DNA from: Catajapyx aquilonaris
Lineage: Eukaryota
Direction of reading: 5' to 3'
Assembly: GCA_000934665.2 (NCBI GenBank)
Contig: KZ538102.1
Span: forward strand, 62,001-126,000
DNA: 64,000 bases
Under the pieces are notes generated by a model. The model saw nothing but the letters and a program-made list of their open reading frames with translations, was not told the DNA's origin and ran no database searches. This document shows positions 48,991 through 63,200 of this stretch, in pieces. The number at the start of each line of letters is the position of its first letter. The first letter of the stretch is position 1. A program made the translations under genes and the position numbers.

Positions 48991-51900
48991 CCCCCCCCCC
49001 CCCCAAAAAAAAAAGCCTCCACCTATTTACTTTCCGGAGGTCGCATCCTGATGGACAGAATCCAACAAACTATGGTGGGGTTGGTGCATGTTCAATATAC
49101 AACGACTTCCCATTTATTGAAGCCATCAAGCAGTCATGGATGCACGGGGGCCCCTGTTAAAATCCGAAATGCCAGGCCGTATATAAGCTATCCTCCGGTT
49201 TTTTGATGCTATTATGATGCGTCTGTATCGCTACCAGCCTTCGATGCACACATAAACCGGTGTTGTAATAGCCCTCCTTGGTCTCAACTTCGCTACAAAG
49301 TGCACTACTCCTGACATGGAGATACGGTTTTTAAATCACCCCCACCTAATTTCATACGAACAGTTTTAATACACAATTCTACAGATGTATATTGAGCCTT
49401 TTTTTAAAGCCTCCCATAGTGCAGGAGATGAATCTTCCAAGACAAGACAGAATGTTGCTGGTGAAACAAAGTGATGGATGAGACCCACTCTCCTCAAATC
49501 TCTCTTCCTCGTTTTTTTCCCCTCCACATATACATTTTTCCTCCGTCTTTTTGCCAAATGGGTTGCTGATTCCCTACAAAAAAAACGACAGATCTCCTAA
49601 TTGCACCGGCTATCATGTGGCATACAGTACACTGCACAGTATACTGCAGAGATGATTCGCTTGATTGCCAGGATGAGTACAATGACTTTGGGGCCAAGGG
49701 AAGCAACGGCAACCATGCTAATATTAGCCGAAGTCTAGTTTTCAAAGTGCATAGATTTCCCAGTCGGGAGGGGGGTGCCTACATCACCGTACACTCATAC
49801 ACACACTGTAAAGCAAGGCTAAATGCTACGGGCGTAGACAAACCTGCCAAGAAAAACATGGGGGTCGTCGAAACGGGCTCTGCCAAACCACATTTTCGTC
49901 TGCTGGCTAATCGCAAGGGAGCTACACGCGTGCCTTTTCCGCCATTTTTCAAAGCCTAAAAGCAAGGTGAGAGTGTATCACTGTTACATTTTCAACACAA
50001 AGTTTCGGGACTCCGACTAGAGCTAAATAGGTGTAAATCCTGGCAGAGATTTCACGTTAATAATACACGATTACAAAAATGTACCATCAGTGTTATCTCA
50101 ATCGCGATATCCACTCTCTACATATCCTGGAAAATGCAGTGATATCAATCACGTCTAAGAAAAATCAGTTATCATTGCTCGAATTACAGTCTCTCTGACG
50201 TCATTCCGCTAAATCATTGAAGCTTCAAGGCCGGCCTTTTAATGCCTGAAGCCTCCATGCTGAATGATTTTGCCCGCATCCATCCTCCCCTGGAAGTCAA
50301 GTTAACTCTCACAAGAGTGACACAGATCCTATAGCACCCAATGTCACCAAAAAGGTCATTGGACTTGGGTGCACTGCATAGGCCAGATTCCTCAACAAAC
50401 GACCCTGAAGCTTCCTCCAGTCGTCCTTATTATCCAACAGGCTGCTTCCAATTTATCTCTGGCCTCACGCTTCAGGTTGGATGGAAATGGACGCGGACAT
50501 ATCTGGCTTTCTGTCTGCAGAAATGTCAACATGTCATCTGTCGAAGCGAACACGAAAATGCCCTGTTTCCCTTTTGTCGTGTTGTGTAATGAGTCTGTAC
50601 CGCGGCCCGCTCCAAAATGACTTTTTTTTGTGAAAGTCTTCATGCAATTGCATATGTACAGGATGTCTCACAAAATTGTCGTCATCAAATGTCGCATCGT
50701 GAAAGTCACCTTGGCTCCCATTGTCTTGAACCGCAAAGCCTTGCAGTTGCACTTTATTGCCCATCAGCCCTTGACCTCTAGCAAGTCTTGCACAAGGAAC
50801 GGTGACCACAGTGACCTCGATAACAATCCCCTATCATCCCTGGAGTAAATAGAGGTCACCGACATCCAAGGTTTTCAGATGCAATTTGGCGATCCCTGAA
50901 GCGCAGCAGCCGGACAATGTGTCTCACGTGCAAAGGGAAACGCCTCTCGCTAAACACTGTATTTTACGTGGAAAATTGCCGTCAATGTCGCTCAATTCAC
51001 GTGATCTGAGCGACACTAGCCTCATATCGAGCCCGGCCCTACCACCGGGTGATTCGCTCATGTTTTTAAAAAGCTAAGTTCGTATATTAATATCCGAACC
51101 CCCTACGGGCGGCCCAGAAGCATTTCTGAAGGCTTGTTTCCCCAAATGTGCTGTAAGGGCGCCACCATAGCCCAGTGTTGCCAGGTGCATATCAGAAGAC
51201 CAAGATGCGCTAATGGAATATTGGCAAGCATACCTTTTTTTAAGGGGGAAAAAAACTCTATACCGTGCAGACTGGGATGATTTTCCAAACAGGGTTGTGA
51301 GGTGGGGGGGTTCGTGACAGGATTTCATGCGGGGGTCGTGGAGCCCACCGGGAATTTTGCCAACCACCTCCAGCGATCACTGGCATGGCCGCTGCCTAGC
51401 TTCCTAAATTACTTCCATCCTCTATATTTCCACGTGCATCGTCTATTAATCTCCTCATTACTATATATCGGACCCCCAATTTTATGTGCGGCATTATGAT
51501 CACTGATGATCAAGTTCCTCCGCTTGACTGTCATTGGGGGGGGGGGGGGGGGGGGGTGGGNGCTGGTCTGTCCCAGTTCTGATGTTATCTGCTGCACGTG
51601 CGACACGAATGTGTGTGTAATACATTCGACATGTCTTGGTCATCGCTTAACCGGTACGGAGATGGGTCGGCGGACTGCGTAACTCTGTGTCTAAACCCGG
51701 AGTATTATGCATTTATACAAATGTGCCGGTAATTCTTTCCGTAACCTTACGACACCCACTAGTTGGAGTAGGTGAGAGTTGTGAGCCGTATAGGAACAAA
51801 ATTTTGTGTATAGTTGCAGATAGCCAGAATAAACAAATTGCCCACGGCACGAATGGTAAGAGAATATGCCTATTGAAATTATCACATTTTTCCTAATGAG

Positions 51901-53182
51901 TACCATTGCCACCGTATCATGCTTGTAATGTCAACAATGGTGATGTCATTTGGGATTCAAAAATCACAATGTAGTTCCACAGACTCAAAAAAATTAATCT
52001 TAATTCCGAATGACTTACTCAGACTTCCTTTGAGAGCCTCTGTGAATGGCAACACACTGTACAGCATGGGTCCAAAATCTCCGATCATTTCTGCGAAGGT
52101 GATGAGTCACCTCTGGTGACAATGGTTCATGTGAACAACGACTATTGCTCCACGTCCACCCCCCACCCCCACCCCCACCCCCTTGAATGACAGATGATCG
52201 ATGAAAGCCAAAATCGACCTCAATCGGGGTCACAACCGACGCGACGTCTCCTTGGCTTTTCCTGCCTGTGTCCATTCTTATTCTTCTTCCGCCCAACATG
52301 TCATGTACCCGCCGAAGACGCGTGTCACACCACTTCCAATGGACATTCCTTTGCATAGGAAAAAGTGTGTATGTGCAATGTTTTCGTACGCTGTTATTCA
52401 TCAGAAATCAGCAAACATCAGGTGGTTCAGCCAATCTGGTCTCACCTCTTGGGCTTCATCAGCGCAAAATGTAACTGGCCCAACTTCAAAGGACTATCGT
52501 GTGGCGAGCCCTACCGGCACCTGCCTTGCGACTATAGTCCGCTTCTTTCTACCCCCTTCAACAACCCCGAGTGCAGGCAATCGGAATTGTATTTTCCGTC
52601 GGAAACCGGACACTTTATTTGGCTACACGGTTCATTAACGTCCTCGTCCCGGCTTTAATTGCAAACGCGGAGGCGACGAAATATTTCACACCACATGACA
52701 CCTCCTGGCTGAGGTAACTCGATGGGCACTACCCCCGTACCTGCGAGATAGAGCAGGTCGAAATCACCTGAAGCACACACGCACTCTCACACAAAATTGA
52801 ATTCCTAATGCGGAAGTCTAATAAATGTGTTAGTTTGGGCCGACGGAACACGTGTCGAGCGATAAACACTTGTTCCATGCCGGGCAATTGCATATATGGA
52901 GTTGCTCCGATGACAATGTAGCCAATGCTAATAAGAAAACACTGAAACCCCCCAAAAATATATGAAAGTGAAATTGNNNNNNNNNCCCCCCCCCCCCCCC
53001 CCTGGAATTCAGTTCACTAGACCCATTACTGCAGAAGTAGTCAGGACATTACCATGGTAACGAACCATTATAACAAATTGATTGATGGATTGGCTTTTTA
53101 CGGCGTAACAAGCAGCTGGTGACTGTATGCTTCAGAAACTATTTCGCATTGTCAACAAAAATAATTAAATATAACAAATATA

Positions 53183-53498
53183 CAGGGTGTCCCATCTGTT
53201 TTGTCCGAATGTTATCGGAAAATTGCGCGTAGCTGCTACTTTTTAATCGGTGACTTTTTCGGAGGAACGGGGAATATTCCCTGCGAATCGTAGGTTGAAG
53301 TGGCATACGTGCTGCCTGCTGAAAATTGAGCGTCAAGACTGGAAAAAAGAGGGCCACACATGCCATGGTTTGTGTGGCCCTCTTTTTCTCCATTCCCCAT
53401 TTCTCCGACAAATCACCGTTTGCAAGTCACTGCTTAAAAAGTAGCAGCTACGCGCAATTTTCCGATAACTGTTCGGACAAAAAAGATGGGACACCCTG
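53183..53498. mobile_element. Tc1/mariner-type MITE with long TIRs, about 316 bp
   Basis: TA|CAGGGTGTCCCATCT..TTGTCCGAA..GTTATCGGAAAATTGCGCGTAGCTGCTACTTTTTAA is mirrored at the right end (..AGATGGGACACCCTG). The right flank reads TG instead of TA. Confidence 0.88.
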
Positions 53499-53730
53499 TG
53501 TGGTTGTAACCAATTGCAGTAAGTTATCATGGTAACAGTCACACTTTCACTACAATCTGGAAGCATGCAGGACATACCATGTGTTTCGCAAATGTCGCTT
53601 ATTTCGTCGCGTTTTGAAAAGAAATTTCATCGGTTGACTCGCAAACGCAGCATTTAAAATAGCATGATACTGTATCATGTAATCACAAAGGGTCACCTCC
53701 CAGGATCGTTTCCCTCCTGAGTCCCCTTTG

Positions 53731-54272
53731 AGATCCACCATTTTTAGTGGAAGTTTGCCTAATAATGTTAAGATAAAAAAAGGTTGTCCTATCTACTCCG
53801 TTATTGCGGACATCCGCATTAGAAATTCGCAATTTTGAAATTATTCAGATTTAAAACCGCCACAGAGGACGCAATTAACCTAAGATAAATTTATTTGTTT
53901 TCTAGCATAATGCCCGTTTCTTTCAAGTTGCACATTAATCACTAAAGGTCATATTTAATAGAATAAATGAATCTGCAACACCGCCGGTTACATAGCATAA
54001 GGTCCATTCATATGAGTTAATACAATGAGTAACCATGATTTTGGACATTATCTGCAGTTTCAGTATGCAATTGGAAACTAGAAAAATCCGCAATTGCCAT
54101 TAAACTTTTCTAAGGTTTCTGGAGTTTCCTGTGGCGACTTGAAATAGGGCTAAAATAGTAAAACTGCGAATTTCAAACGCAGTTTCCTCAATACCACAAT
54201 AAGCAAGAACAAAACTTCACCTTTTCATTTTAGATAGTTACAGGAACAACTTCCATTCAACATTTGGCGGTC
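53731..54272. mobile_element. Degenerate foldback/MITE relic
   Basis: Three nested inverted blocks symmetric about ~54000: TGGAAGTT 53748 / AACTTCCA 54248; GAAATTCGCAATTTT 53822 / AAAACTGCGAATTTC 54160; CGCCACAG 53858 / CTGTGGCG 54129. Confidence 0.55.
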
Positions 54273-57200
54273 CCAAGAAAACTTAACTTTATAACCATCC
54301 CCAAATTCATATAGGCTGTGTTTAGCACCTAATGTTCAAGCGAATCCACGAATGAGAGCCGGTTATTTGCGTTTAAGTAATATCAAACTATTAAACCCAG
54401 CGTTTTAAGTTAGACAACCTTTCTGAATTCCGCTGGTGCCTGCCCGTGAAGGCATTGTCACGACCATTGTCACTAGCAATCAACACAAAAGTGCAATTCT
54501 TGGGCGTAACCGTGCCAGTGCCTTACGGACCCTAAAAACCGGCCAATCGCAGCCTGGCCGCCATTTTCCACGATAGTTACCGCACCAGAAATGGAAACCG
54601 AACTTGCGTGGCCGTGAAAAATTTCATAATGCATTTACGACTCGACGACGCTTCCAAGTTCCCCCTCGCTTTTATGGTTCCATATTACACTCCAGACACT
54701 TGGCAACCCCGTATTTAGCAAAGAAACGCGCAATAAAAAAAAATACGGACGGTATACATATAGGGAGAAAAACTGCTACACACAGAAATCCTCCATGGAA
54801 AATGACGCAATTGTCCCCTACGTTTGCCATTCTCCGCAATGCAATAATATACGAGGCGTGGCCCCATCCCAAAATTTCTAAGCACTGAAAAGATGGCTCT
54901 AGTAGAAGAAAAGGACAATCATAATAGGGAGATCCTCCATGTTGTTTTGAGCCCCCTTTTGCTTGTCTCTGGGCTGCACTTTTACGGTCGCTCTGTTCTG
55001 CACCCTTGATGGATTACTTGACAACATGGCCATTACGGGAATACCCTCGGCACAATATGTTCTGATTGCAACCTTTTACGGCGTTTCATAAGCTTCCATC
55101 ACGTCGATGCAACGCTGCATCTGTACAACTCGCATTTCATTTCACTAGTGTTGCCCGGTACAAATGCGCGTAATTGCACACAAGGTTCATCAGGCCCCGA
55201 GAATAATAAATAATAGTGAGTGAAAAAAAACGACAGGTATGCGCCAATTTGCAAAGAATATGCTTTCCCGTTGTGGGGTTTCAATAAGGACCGTCCACTG
55301 CCAAGTAACAATGGTGGCAAATCGTGTATTCAATAATTACGGTGGCAATTTTGAACATGTAGCAGGACACAATAGACCTGTGCGGGGCCGGCAAAGGAGT
55401 TGTTTTGCGCTATGAGCATCAAAATAACGTCAGTTGGACGTTGGAACTTTCATGTTTTCCTCACAAAGTCAAAGTTGAAATGCTATATGACCATGCGGTT
55501 GGGCAGTTTTGTGCATTCTCTTTATTTTGCTATTCCATCTTGCTCATCAGCCTGGATCGCTCTGGTACATGCACTATTTTCCATAATTATGACCATGCCA
55601 CACATTTTTACGAATTTTAATAATAGCTGCAATGATGACGATGAAAAATACAGGTACTATGCTTAACCCTGATCGGTTTTAATTTTTTGCACTGGAACCG
55701 TGACTGGAACAATGTGTTCACACTATCACTTGGACAACACTGTTATCATGGCATGGTTGATAAAAGGCATAGGCCTAGCCTATACACTACTGTATGCAAC
55801 TAGAGTGACCATGAAACCAAAATAAATTTCGCCTTTTGTTTAACTCTATTTATAACTACATGGCGAATATCCATCATATCTGTTTAGACTGACTGCATTA
55901 GATGCTGCAAAATACAGCCTGTGATGACTGATATTATGGTGGATGACGATCACGTCATTAATCACTGCATGACCACTCATACAAGAGCTGTGAGAGCGGC
56001 TAAACTTACCGGTCTCGGGCCTGCATCATACCATGTCTATTTCAGGGCAGCAGACAGGATATTGCTCAATATAATGAACATAGAGCACAGTTCTTACGAC
56101 CTCAAAACATAACGCGTTATTTTTAAGTATTTTCAATTCAAATATCTTATTATCCTTAGTTTTCAGTTTGTTATTACTCGTGTGTCGCCTTATTATGACA
56201 CGCTAATTTGCATTTTAAATAAATATGACTACAGGCTGCAGTTAGACCTGCTAACTTGCTCTGGTGTCCCAGTTAGTATACAGTATATCCTGGATGGCAA
56301 AGCTGCATAATAGGCCTAATGCAACATGGGAAAAACCCACATTGACATTTGCTCGAACACACACAAAACGGAACATGAAAAAACAATGCAAAACAACAAA
56401 TCAGCCGTTTCGCAAACTCAAACATCTCGGACGCCACCAGCACAAAACAGCATCCTAACTACCTAACCCGCAAATACTATTCTTCATAATCATATATTAG
56501 CTCTATGGTGTTCCCGTCCGTTCTTCGCCCAAATTTCTTTGGTACATCTGACAGGGTCCATGACGGAACACTCTTTTAGTGAAGCACCTTCAGAAGTTGG
56601 CGGAAGTGATCGTATCCGGACCCCCATATTGAAGCCAACCCAGTCAGTCGTGTATGTTCTTTGTGCAGACCAGGGGCCGTCCATGGCTGGGGAACATGTC
56701 CTCGAGCAGAGCCAGAGTACAGCAAATGCCAACTTCCTCCTTGATTACTCCGCATGGTTTCTCTCCCCGGGTTGGAAAATCCCCTCCACGGCGTTTGGAC
56801 CGTACCCCCTCCGTACCCCCAGGTGCCTAACTCGATTGCTGAAAACGCCGAGTGCTTCAACAAGCTGTCTCCCCCAAACCCCTCCTCCTCCACCTTGATT
56901 TCATTCCCCTGGACAAGGTCCCAGTTTCCGGATTCGACCAGGAGGAAACTGGGGGAAGATCATTCATTACCCGGTGGGGGTGGTAAAGGGTGGCTCAAAA
57001 CGTGCCTCACTATTTTTGTCCTGCAGGCTTGGAAGGGTTGTCTTCAAGAAGAGTGGTCTAGGTGGATGCCTGTCACTCAGGAAACCGATGGGCAATCAAC
57101 TGGTGTACAGGTGTAAGGTAGCAGACCTGAAGCTGAATTGAGCCTCAAAATGACTGGACACCAGTTGCCAGTGGTTGCCACTTGATTGCTCATCGGTTGC

Positions 57201-60200
57201 ATTAATGACAGGCTGAGGACAACTGTACACTTCCTATGAAGTGGCTCACATTCAGTATATTCTAAGGTTGAATTGTTACAACTACTGACCATTATTACCC
57301 GATACGGACAAACGTAATGAGATTCAAATTATGACACGCGACACCTACAAAGAAATGATCTGTTTATATTTGCTGGTGAATGTAGAAACTTGTATTACAA
57401 TTTGAATGGGAGGTGGGAAGGATTAGGAACATCCAAAACCTAATTACGCGTATCAGTAGACATAAGCAGCTTTGCTAAAACCCGGTCCCCAAACTAAGCT
57501 TACCATTGTCTCCGGTATTTCGAGAGAGAAAGAGAAAAAAAGAAGGTCAGGTCTGCGACTCCGCCAAATGTTCGTCAAGTACACTGTATACCCTCCCTTT
57601 TATGCAGCAATCCAATTAGCGACAGACAAGATTAGGATGTCCTCTGGGCAACACAAGCAGAATTTCCGGACTTTCCTAGGATCACGAGTAGTCCGCTGGG
57701 CTATTACCAGCTCAGACGTCATAACTCCTGAATACAAGTAACTTATACTGCCCACCGCACTTAACTCGCAAGTTTACTATCATTAATTCCGAGCACATCG
57801 CAATCATCTCCCGGTTGCAATAATATTAATGTTTACTCATGTTTATGACGCTATCATTGCGAATGCTACGTTGCAACCAAACCCTGCTAGATCCGACTGA
57901 AATCACCATTTGGAGTAGCATAGTTGACGACCACACTGTCTTCCAATACCAAGTTTGTGTGATCCATATATGAACATCTCTGCCCCAGCTTTCTGGTCAA
58001 CTTGGGCAGAGACGCACCTTGCACATATATAATCCTGGCTGCTGGTAATATCGTTAGAAATGGGTATTATTCGCCGGTCGAGGTGTGTCTCCTATATATG
58101 CGACCATTAGGAGTGCCTTCAAGTTCCGAATATAATTGACGCCATGGAGCTTTCCTTTAACGACATCTAGAAGCACTAGAACAACTTCGGACTTGTAGGA
58201 AACAGTCCCAGTGTAATTGGTACGGATTTCTGGCCAACTTCTTTCCTGACAAGAAGTGTGTTTTGATGCAATTATTATTAATGTCATCTCGTCTGAGACC
58301 ATTACGTGTCTATTTCCAGATCCTTTGCGATCTTAATCAGTCAAGCAATAATAAGCAGCCCTTGAGATTTTGGTTATATAAATGGGTATAAAGGAGGCGG
58401 ACTAAATGAAGTTCCGAAATTCGTTAGGCCTGATGTAGTGGGATATTCATAGAAGGCACAATGATTTCATTTCCTCGATGTTTTTGTACGGTGCACTCAG
58501 CATTGTACGGGTGCGTGGAATAGGGGGTGGTGCCAGCCTTCAAATTTTTCCATCTCTTGGCTGGAATATACTCTTGTGGGAATTAATTAGCCCGCAATCT
58601 CTATGCAGTGAGTAAACCTACGTTATCAGAATGGGATATATCGCAAACNTATCCCAAACCCCCCCCCCCCCCCCCCAAAAAAAAAAAAACTCGTTGTCCT
58701 TCCAAAACCTGTGTTGAACTCGATGAGAAGAATCGCTTTTTCGTCCCCTGACAAAACTAATTTCGGAATATATTCAGCGATTTCGTGTCCGATGGTGGCC
58801 GGTCGTGGACTGGCCATTTCTGAACTTCAAAATCACATGATGCAATGTGCATGGATTGAAAGGTGTTCATTTTCTAGTCTGTCCGACAATAGCTGCGAAA
58901 TAATTTCTCTGCTTATCTCTTTCTCATGTCACGAGGTACGTGAGTTTGTTTCTTTGTTATTCTCCTCGGATATTACATTATCTCGTCAATAATATATTGA
59001 TGCACTCCTGAATATTGTTCCTTTTGTAAGGAGTTGACGTCATTCCTGAGGAGAACTATACACGAAAATGGGGGAGTAGATCCATATGCATATGGCCTAG
59101 CTACACGGTTGAGTTGTCAATGTGATAAACTGCTAATAGGCCCTGACAGAAAATGATATCCGTTAATTTTTATGGTATAATTGTAAATAATAGCGTAAAC
59201 AATGCCGTATAAGTACATAGAGCGGACAAAACACCTGGCGAGTCACTGATAAGTTGCTGAACACAAACACCGTAACAATGTTCCGCTGAAGGACATTGAG
59301 TAATATCTTTTTCTCACACGATTTTCAATTACGCCATTATCATGGTGAACAGTTAAATAATAACAGCACTGGACAAATAGTTAAAATCACGCCCCTCTCA
59401 TCCGGAGCGGTAATAAGCTTGCCAACCATACTTGTAAGGTGTCTACATATGGTACTACGAGCAATCATAGCCTTCAGTATCCATGACTATGCACATAACT
59501 GCGCATATTTCCATATTCATTTATTCTAAATATCTTTTTACACAAGTGTTCTACTCATCACAAGGCTGATTGAAAAGGTAAAAGAATTTAATACCTCCAA
59601 AACTGGCACCCTGCCTTTCATATTTCTGGCCACGTCCCTGACGCACTGAACTATAATATAATTCGCCGATGCAAACAACAATCCTGCATCGCATGACTAC
59701 ACCACCCCGACTTTAGGACTCCGAATGCATTTCCATCGCACAAAGGCAAGGCACGATGTTACCACTTTGTAACCTGCGATGCATCTCCTACTGCATGTTC
59801 AAAGGGGAAAGCCTCTGCGTATGAAACAATTCCTAACAGCCTGCAATATTAGCCCCGTAAAATAACATTGTGCTCTAAACCTCAGGCCGGAATACACCGG
59901 CTGAAACACCATACTAAGGTCACCGGCATACATAAACTGCGCCTCTTTACATATTTCCCCCCCCCCCCCCCCCCTCCTTATAGGGAGCAAACAAATTGAA
60001 TTTTCCCTTCTGGAAAAAAAAAAAACTATTCCTCTACTATTGCAGAGGCGGAAGAGATAAGGCGAGTTCTCCGGAGACAAAATTGGCCGCTTTTTCCACG
60101 ATACAATTCACATGTTAACTTGTTTTTCTCTCCCTACCCCTTTCGGTTTTGCATAATCTTCCCGCATGGAAGAGACGAGGACCCCCATTGCCCGCAGGAA

Positions 60201-63200
60201 CAGGCTCGCTCTACCGGGCCTCCGGAATAGACTAGCGCCGCCGTACTTGGCGCCGCTCGACATCCAATCCTCCTTTATGGCACCAAAAAGTAGTTATATT
60301 AGCTAGTCTAAGAAAAGGGTTCGCTGACATCTGTTATTGATGCAGTGAATAGCAGTTACGTCACAATGTGCTGTACCTTCTGAAAGTCAGTTAAGCTGCT
60401 AACTGACGGTTAATCTCCAAAATATAATCAAGGCAACTAAGATTGGTGCACCGTTCAGTTTACCCTTTTACTTTTTCATTGCGGACCATGTTAGCTTGCT
60501 TTTACCGGCTATGTCCAACTGAACCGAGTCAACATCACGGCCTAATGACAGAAACCAACTGCACCATATGCCAAGCACCAAGTTTTTGTACAGTCTGGTT
60601 GGCGGTTAAGTAATGAGTAATTGAACTTAACTACCGGCCTCCGGATATACCTACGCGTTTCGCTCGTCCAAAGTGAATAATAATACGGGGTATAGCACAA
60701 ACTCTTACACGTGGTGTCAGCCTACATCTTGAAACGTGAGATGTAGCAAAACCCTTTGCTCGAGGACATGAGAAAACTAGGGACAGAATTGCAAAGTACA
60801 AGGTCAGACATACCTACGCATACGTAGACCTATGTATACGTGTATATATTTTTTTGTTTTGATGAAGAGCGTGAATTCCCAGCACTGCACTGGGTGTAAA
60901 TATGCTCCAGTTGTTATGGTTGTGTCTGCAAAATGTTAGAACCTTGACATTTCATCGTGGGCATGTAGCCAACGTAGGTGCTTCCCAAACTTGTCGGGAA
61001 ACCAGAGAAATGCATAGATTGCCACTAAAGTTGTTTGCCTCGATTCCATTTCTGACTCAGGTTACATTTAAAAATCATCTACGACACTTCCATCAATAAA
61101 TACTACATGGCTGGATGGCACGAAAATCAATGCACAAGTGGTCCAACTACGAAGAAACACTTACAGAAATCCTACATTACACTACTAGCAGTTGAAAGTA
61201 ACTACTACTCGTCGTGCCCGAGATGACAAAATATGGAAATCCAAAATTCTACTTTTCAATCGTACAAGTATGGTTCTTCCACTTAAAATGTGCACGGTCC
61301 TCAACAACGACACGGTCAAAAAATCGTCCGGAAATGTATGCCCCAAGCCTGTAAATTTCACGCTCTTTGTTTTAGCCCCAAACGAAAGCGTAGCAGGAAT
61401 TTCAATTGCTAACAGTTCCATGTCGAACCATCCTCATTTGCTAAAAACTGCCTGAAAGAACTAATCTGAAATTTTCGTCGAAAGCACTGCCTTTATTTAA
61501 TTGCACATAATCCTGCTTTACTTGAACCTACTGACACACCCTGTACCTAAATTTTTAGTACCCTGTTCCCTAAAGCCCCTGTGCCCCTATGCACAGCAGA
61601 CATGCTCCCTGACAACCCCATGGTCGAACCAGCAGGTGTGGCCACCAGGCCTCCCTGAATTGACATCCCCAGCCTACCACCACCACCAGACTGCACATGA
61701 CGTCATCTGGTGTGACCACACCTCATTTTTCTCAGTTGCGAGATCACAGCGAATTACTTTCAAAAAATGTAGCAACATGAAAGTGTATCCCCCTGTGCAC
61801 AGAAGGGGGGGTCCTACCAAAATTCATATACACCCAGGGAAATCTTCATCAACTGAAACCACATATTACATTTCTCTGCCTGCCAAACCATATAATGTCA
61901 CCAACTCGCAGACCCTAAAAATGAGTAATATTACACTCAGTTATTACGGGCACATCTCGTTAAGGAGATTTCCTTACATTATTACCGCTTCCTATTTTAG
62001 AATACGGGTAACTCTACACCGCACGATACATTACAATATTAGCCGTACTGATCAATAAGTCTTTCCATCCCTCAAAAAAATTACCCGAACATTTCCATAC
62101 AGCCCTTTAAAAAACTGGGCTTCATTCAATTTAAAGTCCCACAGATATTTTTGCAACATTTTGCACAAAATCAAAAGCCGGTTGGTCCGTTGGTCCTTAC
62201 AAAGAAAATAGGCGGGATTCTTCGAGAATCATTTGCAAACTGGCTGCAGGGGAAACGCCCTTGGGTTTTGCCACGTGGAACAAACTGGCAGTACCGGTAC
62301 TGGCCTAGGTTCTTCGTAGCCTCATGCAAATTCCTCGCCGATTTACGAGCATGGCAAGGATCTCTCTATATTTGTCGTCCCGGAGTATGAATGGAACCAA
62401 TCGGCTGGCAAATACTAGGTCCAACTTTAATTCAGTTTTGGGATAAGTCAACATGCATGTGGGTGCAGCCTGACCAAAAATGTAAGCCTATATCACACAA
62501 TGCAGGCACTGGCAACAATATCAACAATGCACTGGTCTGCAACAGAACAGATGTATTGTAATGCAATTGCAAAACTTTTGCTATAAGCACACTTGTGGAT
62601 ATTGTAATAATGATAATCAACCACATTAAATTAATGTAAGCAGCAAGTAAAGCTATTGACAGAATCATGGGAGGTAAAATATATTTTTGCGGGCTGTTTG
62701 GTGGGCTGCCATGAGCCTGTGCTTTAGGGAATTGAAAATAACATGTCAAATTTATTGGAGGGTAGTACCGAAACTGAATTATATCCCAAAAATAAATCGG
62801 ATTCCCTTATTTAGTTGAAAACCAAAAATTACGCATGGTTGAATAGTTACTGGATGATTTTATCACCGGAGCCACTTCCAACCAGGGGTTTAGGCCTGCG
62901 GCACTTTGTGTGTGGTACCGATATTATAAAATTTGTAACAACTCTAACAGTATTTTTAACAATTGCAATTTTTACGCTAGTCCCCATTACACTAAAATGG
63001 TTAATCTCATAATTGATGGAAAATAATTTCATTAATAGGTTTACCACACCATATGTTACCCAATTCATTCCGATAACAAGTCGAGTACACTGCGCATTAC
63101 TGTACAGTAAGTGTATAAAATCCCATTCTCAAGAGTAAGTTGCAAATCTAGTACCAGTGAAATCAATGCACACCCCGCAATAATGCACTTCAGTCTCTCA

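Noticed and set aside
35885..50365. Near-consensus ecdysone response IR1 sites at 35885-35897 and 50353-50365
   Set aside because: About one single-mismatch match is expected by chance in 35 kb, so two is not meaningful.
56480..56900. Minus-strand peptide RTDGNTIELIY resembling the end of an APE-type endonuclease
   Set aside because: In-frame stops and no intact GDFN or SDH motifs, so too weak to call a retroelement relic.
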